Source of the DNA: the human T2T-CHM13v2.0 reference genome, Homo sapiens
DNA length: 64,000 bases
Strand: one strand, 5' to 3'
Assembly: GCF_009914755.1 (NCBI RefSeq)
Contig: NC_060939.1
Part shown: in pieces, positions 40,501-53,574 of the stretch
How positions within the stretch are numbered: position 1 is the stretch's first letter
Layout of the letters: the number at the start of each line of letters is the position of its first letter
Translations under genes and position numbers: made by a program
The notes under the pieces: model-generated
What the model saw: only the letters and a program-made list of their open reading frames with translations
What the model was told of the DNA's origin: nothing
The model's database searches: none

Positions 40501-43500
40501 ACACGTCACAAACAAGTTTCTGAGAATGCTTCTGTCTAGTTTTTATGGGAAGATATTTCCTTTTTCACCGTAGGCCTCAAAGCGCTCCAAATGTCCACTT
40601 CCACATACTACAAAAAGAGTGTTTCAAACCTGCTCTATGATAGGGAATGTTGAAACCTATGAGTTGAATGCAAGCATTACAAAGAGGTTTCTGAGAATGC
40701 TTCTGTCTAGATTTTATATGTAGATATTCCCGTTTCCAACGAAATCCTCAAAGCTATCCAAATATCAACTTGCAGATTCTACAAAAGGAATGTTTCCAAA
40801 ATGCTGTATCCAAACAAAGGTTCAACTCTGTGAATTGAGGGCATACATCACAAAGAAGATTCTGAGAATGCTTCTGTCTAGATTTTATATGAAAATATTC
40901 CCGTTTCCAACGAAATCCTCAAAGCTATCCAAATATCCACTTGCAAATGCCACAAAAAGAGTGTTTCCAAACTGCTCTGTGAAAAGGAAGGTTCAACTCT
41001 GTTAGTTGAGTACACACATCACAAAGAGGTTTCTGAGAATGCTGCTGACTAGTTTTTATTTGAAGATATTTCCCTTTTCACCTTAGGCCTAAGAGTGCTC
41101 GAAATGTCCATTTCCACATACTCCACAAAGTGTGTTTCAAACGTGCTGTATGAAAGGGAATGTTCAACTCTATGAGTTGAATGCAAACATCACAAAGAAG
41201 ACTCTGAGAATGCTTTTGTCTAGATTTTATATGAAGATATTCCCGTGTCCAACGAAATTTTCAAAGGTCTCCAAATATCCATTTGTAGATTCTACAAAAA
41301 GAGTGTTTCCAAACTGCTGTATCAAAACAAAGGTTGAACTCTGTGAGTTGAGGACACACATCACAAATAAGTTTCTGAGAATGCTTCTGTCTAGTTTTTA
41401 TTTGAAGATGTTTCCTTTTTCACCATAGGCCTGAAAGCGCTCGAAATGTCCACTTCCAGATAGTACAGAAAGAGTGTTTCAAACCTGCTCTATGAACGGG
41501 AATGTTCAGCTCTGTGAGTTGAATGCAAACATCACAAAGCAGGTTCTGAGAATGCTTCCGTCTAGATTTTAAATGAGGATATTCCCGTTTCCAACGAAAT
41601 CCTCGAAGCTATCCAAATATCCACTTGCAGATTCCACAAAAAGAGTGTTTCAAAACTGCTCTGTCAAAAGATAGGTTCAACTCTGTTAGTTGAGTACACA
41701 CATGGCAAACAAGATTGCGAGAATGCTTTCGTCTAGTTTTTTTGGGAAGATATTTCCTTCTTCACCATAGGCCTCAAAGCGCTCCAAATATCCATTTCCA
41801 CATGCTATACAAAGAGTGTCTCAAACCTGCTGTATGAATGGGAATGTTCAACTCTATGAGTTGAATGCAAACATCACAAAGAAGTTTCTGAGAATGCTGC
41901 TGTCTAGATTTTATATGAAGGTTTTCCCGCTTCCAACGAAATTTTCAATGCTCTCAAAATATCCCCTTGTAGATTCTACAAAAAGAGTGTTTCCAAACTG
42001 CTGTATCAAAACAAAGGTTCATCTCTGTTAGTTGAGGACACACATCACAAATAAGTTTCTGAGAATGCTTCTGTCTAGTTCTTATTTGAAGACATTTCCT
42101 TTCTCACCTTAGGCCTGAAAGCGCTCGAAATACCCACTTCCAGATACTACAGAAACAGTGATTCAAACCTGCTCTATGAAAGGGAATGTTCAACTAGGTG
42201 ACTTGAATGCAAACATCACAAAGCAGTTTCTGAGAATGCTGCTGTCTACTTTCTATTTGTAATCCCGTTTCCAACGAAATCCTCAGAACTATCGAAATTT
42301 CCAATTGCAGATTCCACAGAAACAGGGTTTCAAAGCTGCTCTGTAAAAAGAAAGGTTCAACTCTGTTAGTTGAATACACACGTCACAAACAAGTTTCTGA
42401 GAATGCTTCTGTCTAGTTTTTATGGGAAGATATTTCCTTTTTCACCGTAGGCCTCAAAGCGCTCCAAATGTCCACGTCCACATACTACAAAAAGAGTGTT
42501 TCAAACCTGCTGTATGAAAGGGAATGTTCAACTCTATGAGTTGAATGCAAACATTACAAAGAAGTTTCTGAGAATGCTTCTGTCTAGATTTTATATGAAG
42601 GTTTTCCCGTTTCCAACGAAATTTTCAATGCTCTCAAAATATCCACTTGTAGATTCTACAAAAAGAGTGTTTCCAAACTGCTGTGTCAAAAGAAAGGTTC
42701 AACTCTGTTAGTTGAGGACACACATCACAAATAAGTTTCTGAGAATGCTTCTGTCTAGTTCTTATTTGAAGACATTTCCTTTCTCACCTTAGGCCTGAAA
42801 ACGCTCGAAATATCCACTTCCAGATACGACAGAAACAGTGATTCAAACCTGCTCTATGAAAGGGAATGTTCAACTAGGTGACTTGAATGCAAACATCACA
42901 AAGCAGTTTCTGAGAATGCTGCTGTCTACTTTCTATTTGTAATCCCGTTTCCAACGAAATCCTCAGAACTATCGAAATTTCCAATTGCAGATTCCACAAA
43001 AAGCGTGTTTCAAAGCTGCTCTGTAAAAAGAAAGGTTCAACTCTGTTAGTTGAATACACACGTCACAAACAAGTTTCTGAGAATGCTTCTGTCTAGTTTT
43101 TATGGGAAGATATTTCCTTTTTCACCGTAGGCCTCAAAGCGCTCCAAATGTCCACTTCCACATACTACAAAAAGAGTGTTTCAAACCTGCTCTATGATAG
43201 GGAATGTTGAAACCTATGAGTTGAATGCAAGCATTACAAAGAGGTTTCTGAGAATGCTTCTGTCTAGATTTTATATGTAGATATTCCCGTTTCCAACGAA
43301 ATCCTCAAAGCTATCCAAATATCAACTTGCAGATTCTACAAAAGGAATGTTTCCAAGATGCTGTATCCAAACAAAGGTTCAACTCTGTGAATTGAGGGCA
43401 TACATCACAAAGAAGATTCTGAGAATGCTTCTGTCTAGATTTTATATGAAAATATTCCCGTTTCCAACGAAATCCTCAAAGCTATCCAAATATCCACTTG

Positions 43501-46500
43501 CAAATGCCACAAAAAGAGTGTTTCCAAACTGCTCTGTGAAAAGGAAGGTTCAACTCTGTTAGTTGAGTACACACATCACAAAGAGGTTTCTGAGAATGCT
43601 GCTGACTAGTTTTTATTTGAAGATATTTCCCTTTTCACCTTAGGCCTAAGAGTGCTCGAAATGTCCATTTCCACATACTCCACAAAGTGTGTTTCAAACG
43701 TGCTGTATGAAAGGGAATGTTCAACTCTATGAGTTGAATGCAAACATCACAAAGAAGATTCTGAGAATGCTTTTGTCTAGATTTTATATGAAGATATTCC
43801 CGTGTCCAACGAAATTTTCAAAGGTCTCCAAATATCCATTTGTAGATTCTACAAAAAGAGTGTTTCCAAACTGCTGTATCAAAACAAAGGTTGAACTCTG
43901 TGAGTTGAGGACACACATCACAAATAAGTTTCTGAGAATGCTTCTGTCTAGTTTTTATTTGAAGATGTTTCCTTTTTCACCATAGGCCTGAAAGCGCTCG
44001 AAATGTCCACTTCCAGATAGTACAGAAAGAGTGTTTCAAACCTGCTCTATGAACGGGAATGTTCAGCTCTGTGAGTTGAATGCAAACATCACAAAGCAGG
44101 TTCTGAGAATGCTTCCGTCTAGATTTTAAATGAGGATATTCCCGTTTCCAACGAAATCCTCGAAGCTATCCAAATATCCACTTGCAGATTCCACAAAAAG
44201 AGTGTTTCAAAACTGCTCTGTCAAAAGATAGGTTCAACTCTGTTAGTTGAGTACACACATGGCAAACAAGATTGCGAGAATGCTTTCGTCTAGTTTTTTT
44301 GGGAAGATATTTCCTTCTTCACCATAGGCCTCAAAGCGCTCCAAATATCCATTTCCACATGCTATACAAAGAGTGTCTCAAACCTGCTGTATGAATGGGA
44401 ATGTTCAACTCTATGAGTTGAATGCAAACATCACAAAGAAGTTTCTGAGAATGCTGCTGTCTAGATTTTATATGAAGGTTTTCCCGCTTCCAACGAAATT
44501 TTCAATGCTCTCAAAATATCCTCTTGTAGATTCTACAAAAAGAGTGTTTCCAAACTGCTGTATCAAAACAAAGGTTCATCTCTGTTAGTTGAGGACACAC
44601 ATCACAAATAAGTTTCTGAGAATGCTTCTGTCTAGTTCTTATTTGAAGACATTTCCTTTCTCACCTTAGGCCTGAAAGCGCTCGAAATACCCACTTCCAG
44701 ATACTACAGAAACAGTGATTCAAACCTGCTCTATGAAAGGGAATGTTCAACTAGGTGACTTGAATGCAAACATCACAAAGCAGTTTCTGAGAATGCTGCT
44801 GTCTACTTTCTATTTGTAATCCCGTTTCCAACGAAATCCTCAGAACTATCGAAATTTCCAATTGCAGATTCCACAGAAACAGGGTTTCAAAGCTGCTCTG
44901 TAAAAAGAAAGGTTCAACTCTGTTAGTTGAATACACACGTCACAAACAAGTTTCTGAGAATGCTTCTGTCTAGTTTTTATGGGAAGATATTTCCTTTTTC
45001 ACCGTAGGCCTCAAAGCGCTCCAAATGTCCACGTCCACATACTACAAAAAGAGTGTTTCAAACCTGCTGTATGAAAGGGAATGTTCAACTCTATGAGTTG
45101 AATGCAAACATTACAAAGAAGTTTCTGAGAATGCTTCTGTCTAGATTTTATATGAAGGTTTTCCCGTTTCCAACGAAATTTTCAATGCTCTCAAAATATC
45201 CACTTGTAGATTCTACAAAAAGAGTGTTTCCAAACTGCTGTGTCAAAAGAAAGGTTCAACTCTGTTAGTTGAGGACACACATCACAAATAAGTTTCTGAG
45301 AATGCTTCTGTCTAGTTCTTATTTGAAGACATTTCCTTTCTCACCTTAGGCCTGAAAACGCTCGAAATATCCACTTCCAGATACGACAGAAACAGTGATT
45401 CAAACCTGCTCTATGAAAGGGAATGTTCAACTAGGTGACTTGAATGCAAACATCACAAAGCAGTTTCTGAGAATGCTGCTGTCTACTTTCTATTTGTAAT
45501 CCCGTTTCCAACGAAATCCTCAGAACTATCGAAATTTCCAATTGCAGATTCCACAAAAAGCGTGTTTCAAAGCTGCTCTGTAAAAAGAAAGGTTCAACTC
45601 TGTTAGTTGAATACACACGTCACAAACAAGTTTCTGAGAATGCTTCTGTCTAGTTTTTATGGGAAGATATTTCCTTTTTCACCGTAGGCCTCAAAGCGCT
45701 CCAAATGTCCACTTCCACATACTACAAAAAGAGTGTTTCAAACCTGCTCTATGATAGGGAATGTTGAAACCTATGAGTTGAATGCAAGCATTACAAAGAG
45801 GTTTCTGAGAATGCTTCTGTCTAGATTTTATATGTAGATATTCCCGTTTCCAACGAAATCCTCAAAGCTATCCAAATATCAACTTGCAGATTCTACAAAA
45901 GGAATGTTTCCAAAATGCTGTATCCAAACAAAGGTTCAACTCTGTGAATTGAGGGCATACATCACAAAGAAGATTCTGAGAATGCTTCTGTCTAGATTTT
46001 ATATGAAAATATTCCCGTTTCCAACGAAATCCTCAAAGCTATCCAAATATCCACTTGCAAATGCCACAAAAAGAGTGTTTCCAAACTGCTCTGTGAAAAG
46101 GAAGGTTCAACTCTGTTAGTTGAGTACACACATCACAAAGAGGTTTCTGAGAATGCTGCTGACTAGTTTTTATTTGAAGATATTTCCCTTTTCACCTTAG
46201 GCCTAAGAGTGCTCGAAATGTCCATTTCCACATACTCCACAAAGTGTGTTTCAAACGTGCTGTATGAAAGGGAATGTTCAACTCTATGAGTTGAATGCAA
46301 ACATCACAAAGAAGATTCTGAGAATGCTTTTGTCTAGATTTTATATGAAGATATTCCCGTGTCCAACGAAATTTTCAAAGGTCTCCAAATATCCATTTGT
46401 AGATTCTACAAAAAGAGTGTTTCCAAACTGCTGTATCAAAACAAAGGTTGAACTCTGTGAGTTGAGGACACACATCACAAATAAGTTTCTGAGAATGCTT

Positions 46501-49500
46501 CTGTCTAGTTTTTATTTGAAGATGTTTCCTTTTTCACCATAGGCCTGAAAGCGCTCGAAATGTCCACTTCCAGATAGTACAGAAAGAGTGTTTCAAACCT
46601 GCTCTATGAACGGGAATGTTCAGCTCTGTGAGTTGAATGCAATCATCACAAAGCAGGTTCTGAGAATGCTTCCGTCTAGATTTTAAATGAGGATATTCCC
46701 GTTTCCAACGAAATCCTCGAAGCTATCCAAATATCCACTTGCAGATTCCACAAAAAGAGTGTTTCAAAACTGCTCTGTCAAAAGATAGGTTCAACTCTGT
46801 TAGTTGAGTACACACATGGCAAACAAGATTCCGAGAATGCTTTCGTCTAGTTTTTTTGGGAAGATATTTCCTTCTTCACCATAGGCCTCAAAGCGCTCCA
46901 AATATCCATTTCCACATGCTATACAAAGAGTGTCTCAAACCTGCTGTATGAATGGGAATGTTCAACTCTATGAGTTGAATGCAAACATCACAAAGAAGTT
47001 TCTGAGAATGCTGCTGTCTAGATTTTATATGAAGGTTTTCCCGCTTCCAACGAAATTTTCAATGCTCTCAAAATATCCTCTTGTAGATTCTACAAAAAGA
47101 GTGTTTCCAAACTGCTGTATCAAAACAAAGGTTCATCTCTGTTAGTTGAGGACACACATCACAAATAAGTTTCTGAGAATGCTTCTGTCTAGTTCTTATT
47201 TGAAGACATTTCCTTTCTCACCTTAGGCCTGAAAGCGCTCGAAATACCCACTTCCAGATACTACAGAAACAGTGATTCAAACCTGCTCTATGAAAGGGAA
47301 TGTTCAACTAGGTGACTTGAATGCAAACATCACAAAGCAGTTTCTGAGAATGCTGCTGTCTACTTTCTATTTGTAATCCCGTTTCCAACGAAATCCTCAG
47401 AACTATCGAAATTTCCAATTGCAGATTCCACAGAAACAGGGTTTCAAAGCTGCTCTGTAAAAAGAAAGGTTCAACTCTGTTAGTTGAATACACACGTCAC
47501 AAACAAGTTTCTGAGAATGCTTCTGTCTAGTTTTTATGGGAAGATATTTCCTTTTTCACCGTAGGCCTCAAAGCGCTCCAAATGTCCACTTCCACATACT
47601 ACAAAAAGAGTGTTTCAAACCTGCTGTATGAAAGGGAATGTTCAACTCTATGAGTTGAATGCAAACATTACAAAGAAGTTTCTGAGAATGCTTCTGTCTA
47701 GATTTTATATGAAGGTTTTCCCGTTTCCAACGAAATTTTCAATGCTCTCAAAATATCCACTTGTAGATTCTACAAAAAGAGTGTTTCCAAACTGCTGTGT
47801 CACAAGAAAGGTTCAACTCTGTTAGTTGAGGACACACATCACAAATAAGTTTCTGAGAATGCTTCTGTCTAGTTCTTATTTGAAGACATTTCCTTTCTCA
47901 CCTTAGGCCTGAAAACGCTCGAAATATCCACTTCCAGATACGACAGAAACAGTGATTCAAACCTGCTCTATGAAAGGGAATGTTCAACTAGGTGACTTGA
48001 ATGCAAACATCACAAAGCAGTTTCTGAGAATGCTGCTGTCTACTTTCTATTTGTAATCCCGTTTCCAACGAAATCCTCAGAACTATCGAAATTTCCAATT
48101 GCAGATTCCACAAAAAGCGTGTTTCAAAGCTGCTCTGTAAAAAGAAAGGTTCAACTCTGTTAGTTGAATACACACGTCACAAACAAGTTTCTGAGAATGC
48201 TTCTGTCTAGTTTTTATGGGAAGATATTTCCTTTTTCACCGTAGGCCTCAAAGCGCTCCAAATGTCCACTTCCACATACTACAAAAAGAGTGTTTCAAAC
48301 CTGCTCTATGATAGGGAATGTTGAAACCTATGAGTTGAATGCAAGCATTACAAAGAGGTTTCTGAGAATGCTTCTGTCTAGATTTTATATGTAGATATTC
48401 CCGTTTCCAACGAAATCCTCAAAGCTATCCAAATATCAACTTGCAGATTCTACAAAAGGAATGTTTCCAAAATGCTGTATCCAAACAAAGGTTCAACTCT
48501 GTGAATTGAGGGCATACATCACAAAGAAGATTCTGAGAATGCTTCTGTCTAGATTTTATATGAAAATATTCCCGTTTCCAACGAAATCCTCAAAGCTATC
48601 CAAATATCCACTTGCAAATGCCACAAAAAGAGTGTTTCCAAACTGCTCTGTGAAAAGGAAGGTTCAACTCTGTTAGTTGAGTACACACATCACAAAGAGG
48701 TTTCTGAGAATGCTGCTGACTAGTTTTTATTTGAAGATATTTCCCTTTTCACCTTAGGCCTAAGAGTGCTCGAAATGTCCATTTCCACATACTCCACAAA
48801 GTGTGTTTCAAACGTGCTGTATGAAAGGGAATGTTCAACTCTATGAGTTGAATGCAAACATCACAAAGAAGATTCTGAGAATGCTTTTGTCTAGATTTTA
48901 TATGAAGATATTCCCGTGTCCAACGAAATTTTCAAAGGTCTCCAAATATCCATTTGTAGATTCTACAAAAAGAGTGTTTCCAAACTGCTGTATCAAAACA
49001 AAGGTTGAACTCTGTGAGTTGAGGACACACATCACAAATAAGTTTCTGAGAATGCTTCTGTCTAGTTTTTATTTGAAGATGTTTCCTTTTTCACCATAGG
49101 CCTGAAAGCGCTCGAAATGTCCACTTCCAGATAGTACAGAAAGAGTGTTTCAAACCTGCTCTATGAACGGGAATGTTCAGCTCTGTGAGTTGAATGCAAT
49201 CATCACAAAGCAGGTTCTGAGAATGCTTCCGTCTAGATTTTAAATGAGGATATTCCCGTTTCCAACGAAATCCTCGAAGCTATCCAAATATCCACTTGCA
49301 GATTCCACAAAAAGAGTGTTTCAAAACTGCTCTGTCAAAAGATAGGTTCAACTCTGTTAGTTGAGTACACACATGGCAAACAAGATTCCGAGAATGCTTT
49401 CGTCTAGTTTTTTTGGGAAGATATTTCCTTCTTCACCATAGGCCTCAAAGCGCTCCAAATATCCATTTCCACATGCTATACAAAGAGTGTCTCAAACCTG

Positions 49501-52500
49501 CTGTATGAATGGGAATGTTCAACTCTATGAGTTGAATGCAAACATCACAAAGAAGTTTCTGAGAATGCTGCTGTCTAGATTTTATATGAAGGTTTTCCCG
49601 CTTCCAACGAAATTTTCAATGCTCTCAAAATATCCTCTTGTAGATTCTACAAAAAGAGTGTTTCCAAACTGCTGTATCAAAACAAAGGTTCATCTCTGTT
49701 AGTTGAGGACACACATCACAAATAAGTTTCTGAGAATGCTTCTGTCTAGTTCTTATTTGAAGACATTTCCTTTCTCACCTTAGGCCTGAAAGCGCTCGAA
49801 ATACCCACTTCCAGATACTACAGAAACAGTGATTCAAACCTGCTCTATGAAAGGGAATGTTCAACTAGGTGACTTGAATGCAAACATCACAAAGCAGTTT
49901 CTGAGAATGCTGCTGTCTACTTTCTATTTGTAATCCCGTTTCCAACGAAATCCTCAGAACTATCGAAATTTCCAATTGCAGATTCCACAGAAACAGGGTT
50001 TCAAAGCTGCTCTGTAAAAAGAAAGGTTCAACTCTGTTAGTTGAATACACACGTCACAAACAAGTTTCTGAGAATGCTTCTGTCTAGTTTTTATGGGAAG
50101 ATATTTCCTTTTTCACCGTAGGCCTCAAAGCGCTCCAAATGTCCACGTCCACATACTACAAAAAGAGTGTTTCAAACCTGCTGTATGAAAGGGAATGTTC
50201 AACTCTATGAGTTGAATGCAAACATTACAAAGAAGTTTCTGAGAATGCTTCTGTCTAGATTTTATATGAAGGTTTTCCCGTTTCCAACGAAATTTTCAAT
50301 GCTCTCAAAATATCCACTTGTAGATTCTACAAAAAGAGTGTTTCCAAACTGCTGTGTCAAAAGAAAGGTTCAACTCTGTTAGTTGAGGACACACATCACA
50401 AATAAGTTTCTGAGAATGCTTCTGTCTAGTTCTTATTTGAAGACATTTCCTTTCTCACCTTAGGCCTGAAAACGCTCGAAATATCCACTTCCAGATACGA
50501 CAGAAACAGTGATTCAAACCTGCTCTATGAAAGGGAATGTTCAACTAGGTGACTTGAATGCAAACATCACAAAGCAGTTTCTGAGAATGCTGCTGTCTAC
50601 TTTCTATTTGTAATCCCGTTTCCAACGAAATCCTCAGAACTATCGAAATTTCCAATTGCAGATTCCACAAAAAGCGTGTTTCAAAGCTCCTCTGTAAAAA
50701 GAAAGGTTCAACTCTGTTAGTTGAATACACACGTCACAAACAAGTTTCTGAGAATGCTTCTGTCTAGTTTTTATGGGAAGATATTTCCTTTTTCACCGTA
50801 GGCCTCAAAGCGCTCCAAATGTCCACTTCCACATACTACAAAAAGAGTGTTTCAAACCTGCTCTATGATAGGGAATGTTGAAACCTATGAGTTGAATGCA
50901 AGCATTACAAAGAGGTTTCTGAGAATGCTTCTGTCTAGATTTTATATGTAGATATTCCCGTTTCCAACGAAATCCTCAAAGCTATCCAAATATCAACTTG
51001 CAGATTCTACAAAAGGAATGTTTCCAAAATGCTGTATCCAAACAAAGGTTCAACTCTGTGAATTGAGGGCATACATCACAAAGAAGATTCTGAGAATGCT
51101 TCTGTCTAGATTTTATATGAAAATATTCCCGTTCCCAACGAAATCCTCAAAGCTATCCAAATATCCACTTGCAAATGCCACAAAAAGAGTGTTTCCAAAC
51201 TGCTCTGTGAAAAGGAAGGTTCAACTCTGTTAGTTGAGTACACACATCACAAAGAGGTTTCTGAGAATGCTGCTGACTAGTTTTTATTTGAAGATATTTC
51301 CCTTTTCACCTTAGGCCTAAGAGTGCTCGAAATGTCCATTTCCACATACTCCACAAAGTGTGTTTCAAACGTGCTGTATGAAAGGGAATGTTCAACTCTA
51401 TGAGTTGAATGCAAACATCACAAAGAAGATTCTGAGAATGCTTTTGTCTAGATTTTATATGAAGATATTCCCGTGTCCAACGAAATTTTCAAAGGTCTCC
51501 AAATATCCATTTGTAGATTCTACAAAAAGAGTGTTTCCAAACTGCTGTATCAAAACAAAGGTTGAACTCTGTGAGTTGAGGACACACATCACAAATAAGT
51601 TTCTGAGAATGCTTCTGTCTAGTTTTTATTTGAAGATGTTTCCTTTTTCACCATAGGCCTGAAAGCGCTCGAAATGTCCACTTCCAGATAGTACAGAAAG
51701 AGTGTTTCAAACCTGCTCTATGAACGGGAATGTTCAGCTCTGTGAGTTGAATGCAAACATCACAAAGCAGGTTCTGAGAATGCTTCCGTCTAGATTTTAA
51801 ATGAGGATATTCCCGTTTCCAACGAAATCCTCGAAGCTATCCAAATATCCACTTGCAGATTCCACAAAAAGAGTGTTTCAAAACTGCTCTGTCAAAAGAT
51901 AGGTTCAACTCTGTTAGTTGAGTACACACATGGCAAACAAGATTCCGAGAATGCTTTCGTCTAGTTTTTTTGGGAAGATATTTCCTTCTTCACCATAGGC
52001 CTCAAAGCGCTCCAAATATCCATTTCCACATGCTATACAAAGAGTGTCTCAAACCTGCTGTATGAATGGGAATGTTCAACTCTATGAGTTGAATGCAAAC
52101 ATCACAAAGAAGTTTCTGAGAATGCTGCTGTCTAGATTTTATATGAAGGTTTTCCCGCTTCCAACGAAATTTTCAATGCTCTCAAAATATCCTCTTGTAG
52201 ATTCTACAAAAAGAGTGTTTCCAAACTGCTGTATCAAAACAAAGGTTCATCTCTGTTAGTTGAGGACACACATCACAAATAAGTTTCTGAGAATGCTTCT
52301 GTCTAGTTCTTATTTGAAGACATTTCCTTTCTCACCTTAGGCCTGAAAGCGCTCGAAATACCCACTTCCAGATACTACAGAAACAGTGATTCAAACCTGC
52401 TCTATGAAAGGGAATGTTCAACTAGGTGACTTGAATGCAAACATCACAAAGCAGTTTCTGAGAATGCTGCTGTCTACTTTCTATTTGTAATCCCGTTTCC

Positions 52501-53574
52501 AACGAAATCCTCAGAACTATCGAAATTTCCAATTGCAGATTCCACAAAAAGCGTGTTTCAAAGCTGCTCTGTAAAAAGAAAGGTTCAACTCTGTTAGTTG
52601 AATACACACGTCACAAACAAGTTTCTGAGAATGCTTCTGTCTAGTTTTTATGGGAAGATATTTCCTTTTTCACCGTAGGCCTCAAAGCGCTCCAAATGTC
52701 CACGTCCACATACTACAAAAAGAGTGTTTCAAACCTGCTGTATGAAAGGGAATGTTCAACTCTATGAGTTGAATGCAAACATTACAAAGAAGTTTCTGAG
52801 AATGCTTCTGTCTAGATTTTATATGAAGGTTTTCCCGTTTCCAACGAAATTTTCAATGCTCTCAAAATATCCACTTGTAGATTCTACAAAAAGAGTGTTT
52901 CCAAACTGCTGTGTCAAAAGAAAGGTTCAACTCTGTTAGTTGAGGACACACATCACAAATAAGTTTCTGAGAATGCTTCTGTCTAGTTCTTATTTGAAGA
53001 CATTTCCTTTCTCACCTTAGGCCTGAAAACGCTCGAAATATCCACTTCCAGATACGACAGAAACAGTGATTCAAACCTGCTCTATGAAAGGGAATGTTCA
53101 ACTAGGTGACTTGAATGCAAACATCACAAAGCAGTTTCTGAGAATGCTGCTGTCTACTTTCTATTTGTAATCCCGTTTCCAACGAAATCCTCAGAACTAT
53201 CGAAATTTCCAATTGCAGATTCCACAAAAAGCGTGTTTCAAAGCTGCTCTGTAAAAAGAAAGGTTCAACTCTGTTAGTTGAATACACACGTCACAAACAA
53301 GTTTCTGAGAATGCTTCTGTCTAGTTTTTATGGGAAGATATTTCCTTTTTCACCGTAGGCCTCAAAGCGCTCCAAATGTCCACTTCCACATACTACAAAA
53401 AGAGTGTTTCAAACCTGCTCTATGATAGGGAATGTTGAAACCTATGAGTTGAATGCAAGCATTACAAAGAGGTTTCTGAGAATGCTTCTGTCTAGATTTT
53501 ATATGTAGATATTCCCGTTTCCAACGAAATCCTCAAAGCTATCCAAATATCAACTTGCAGATTCTACAAAAGGA
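7549..53574 (-). repeat. Eighteen consecutive 15-mer HOR copies, no net length change
   Basis: Marker recurs at exactly 2557-bp steps from 7549 to 53575 (18 x 2557 = 46026). Confidence 0.97.
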
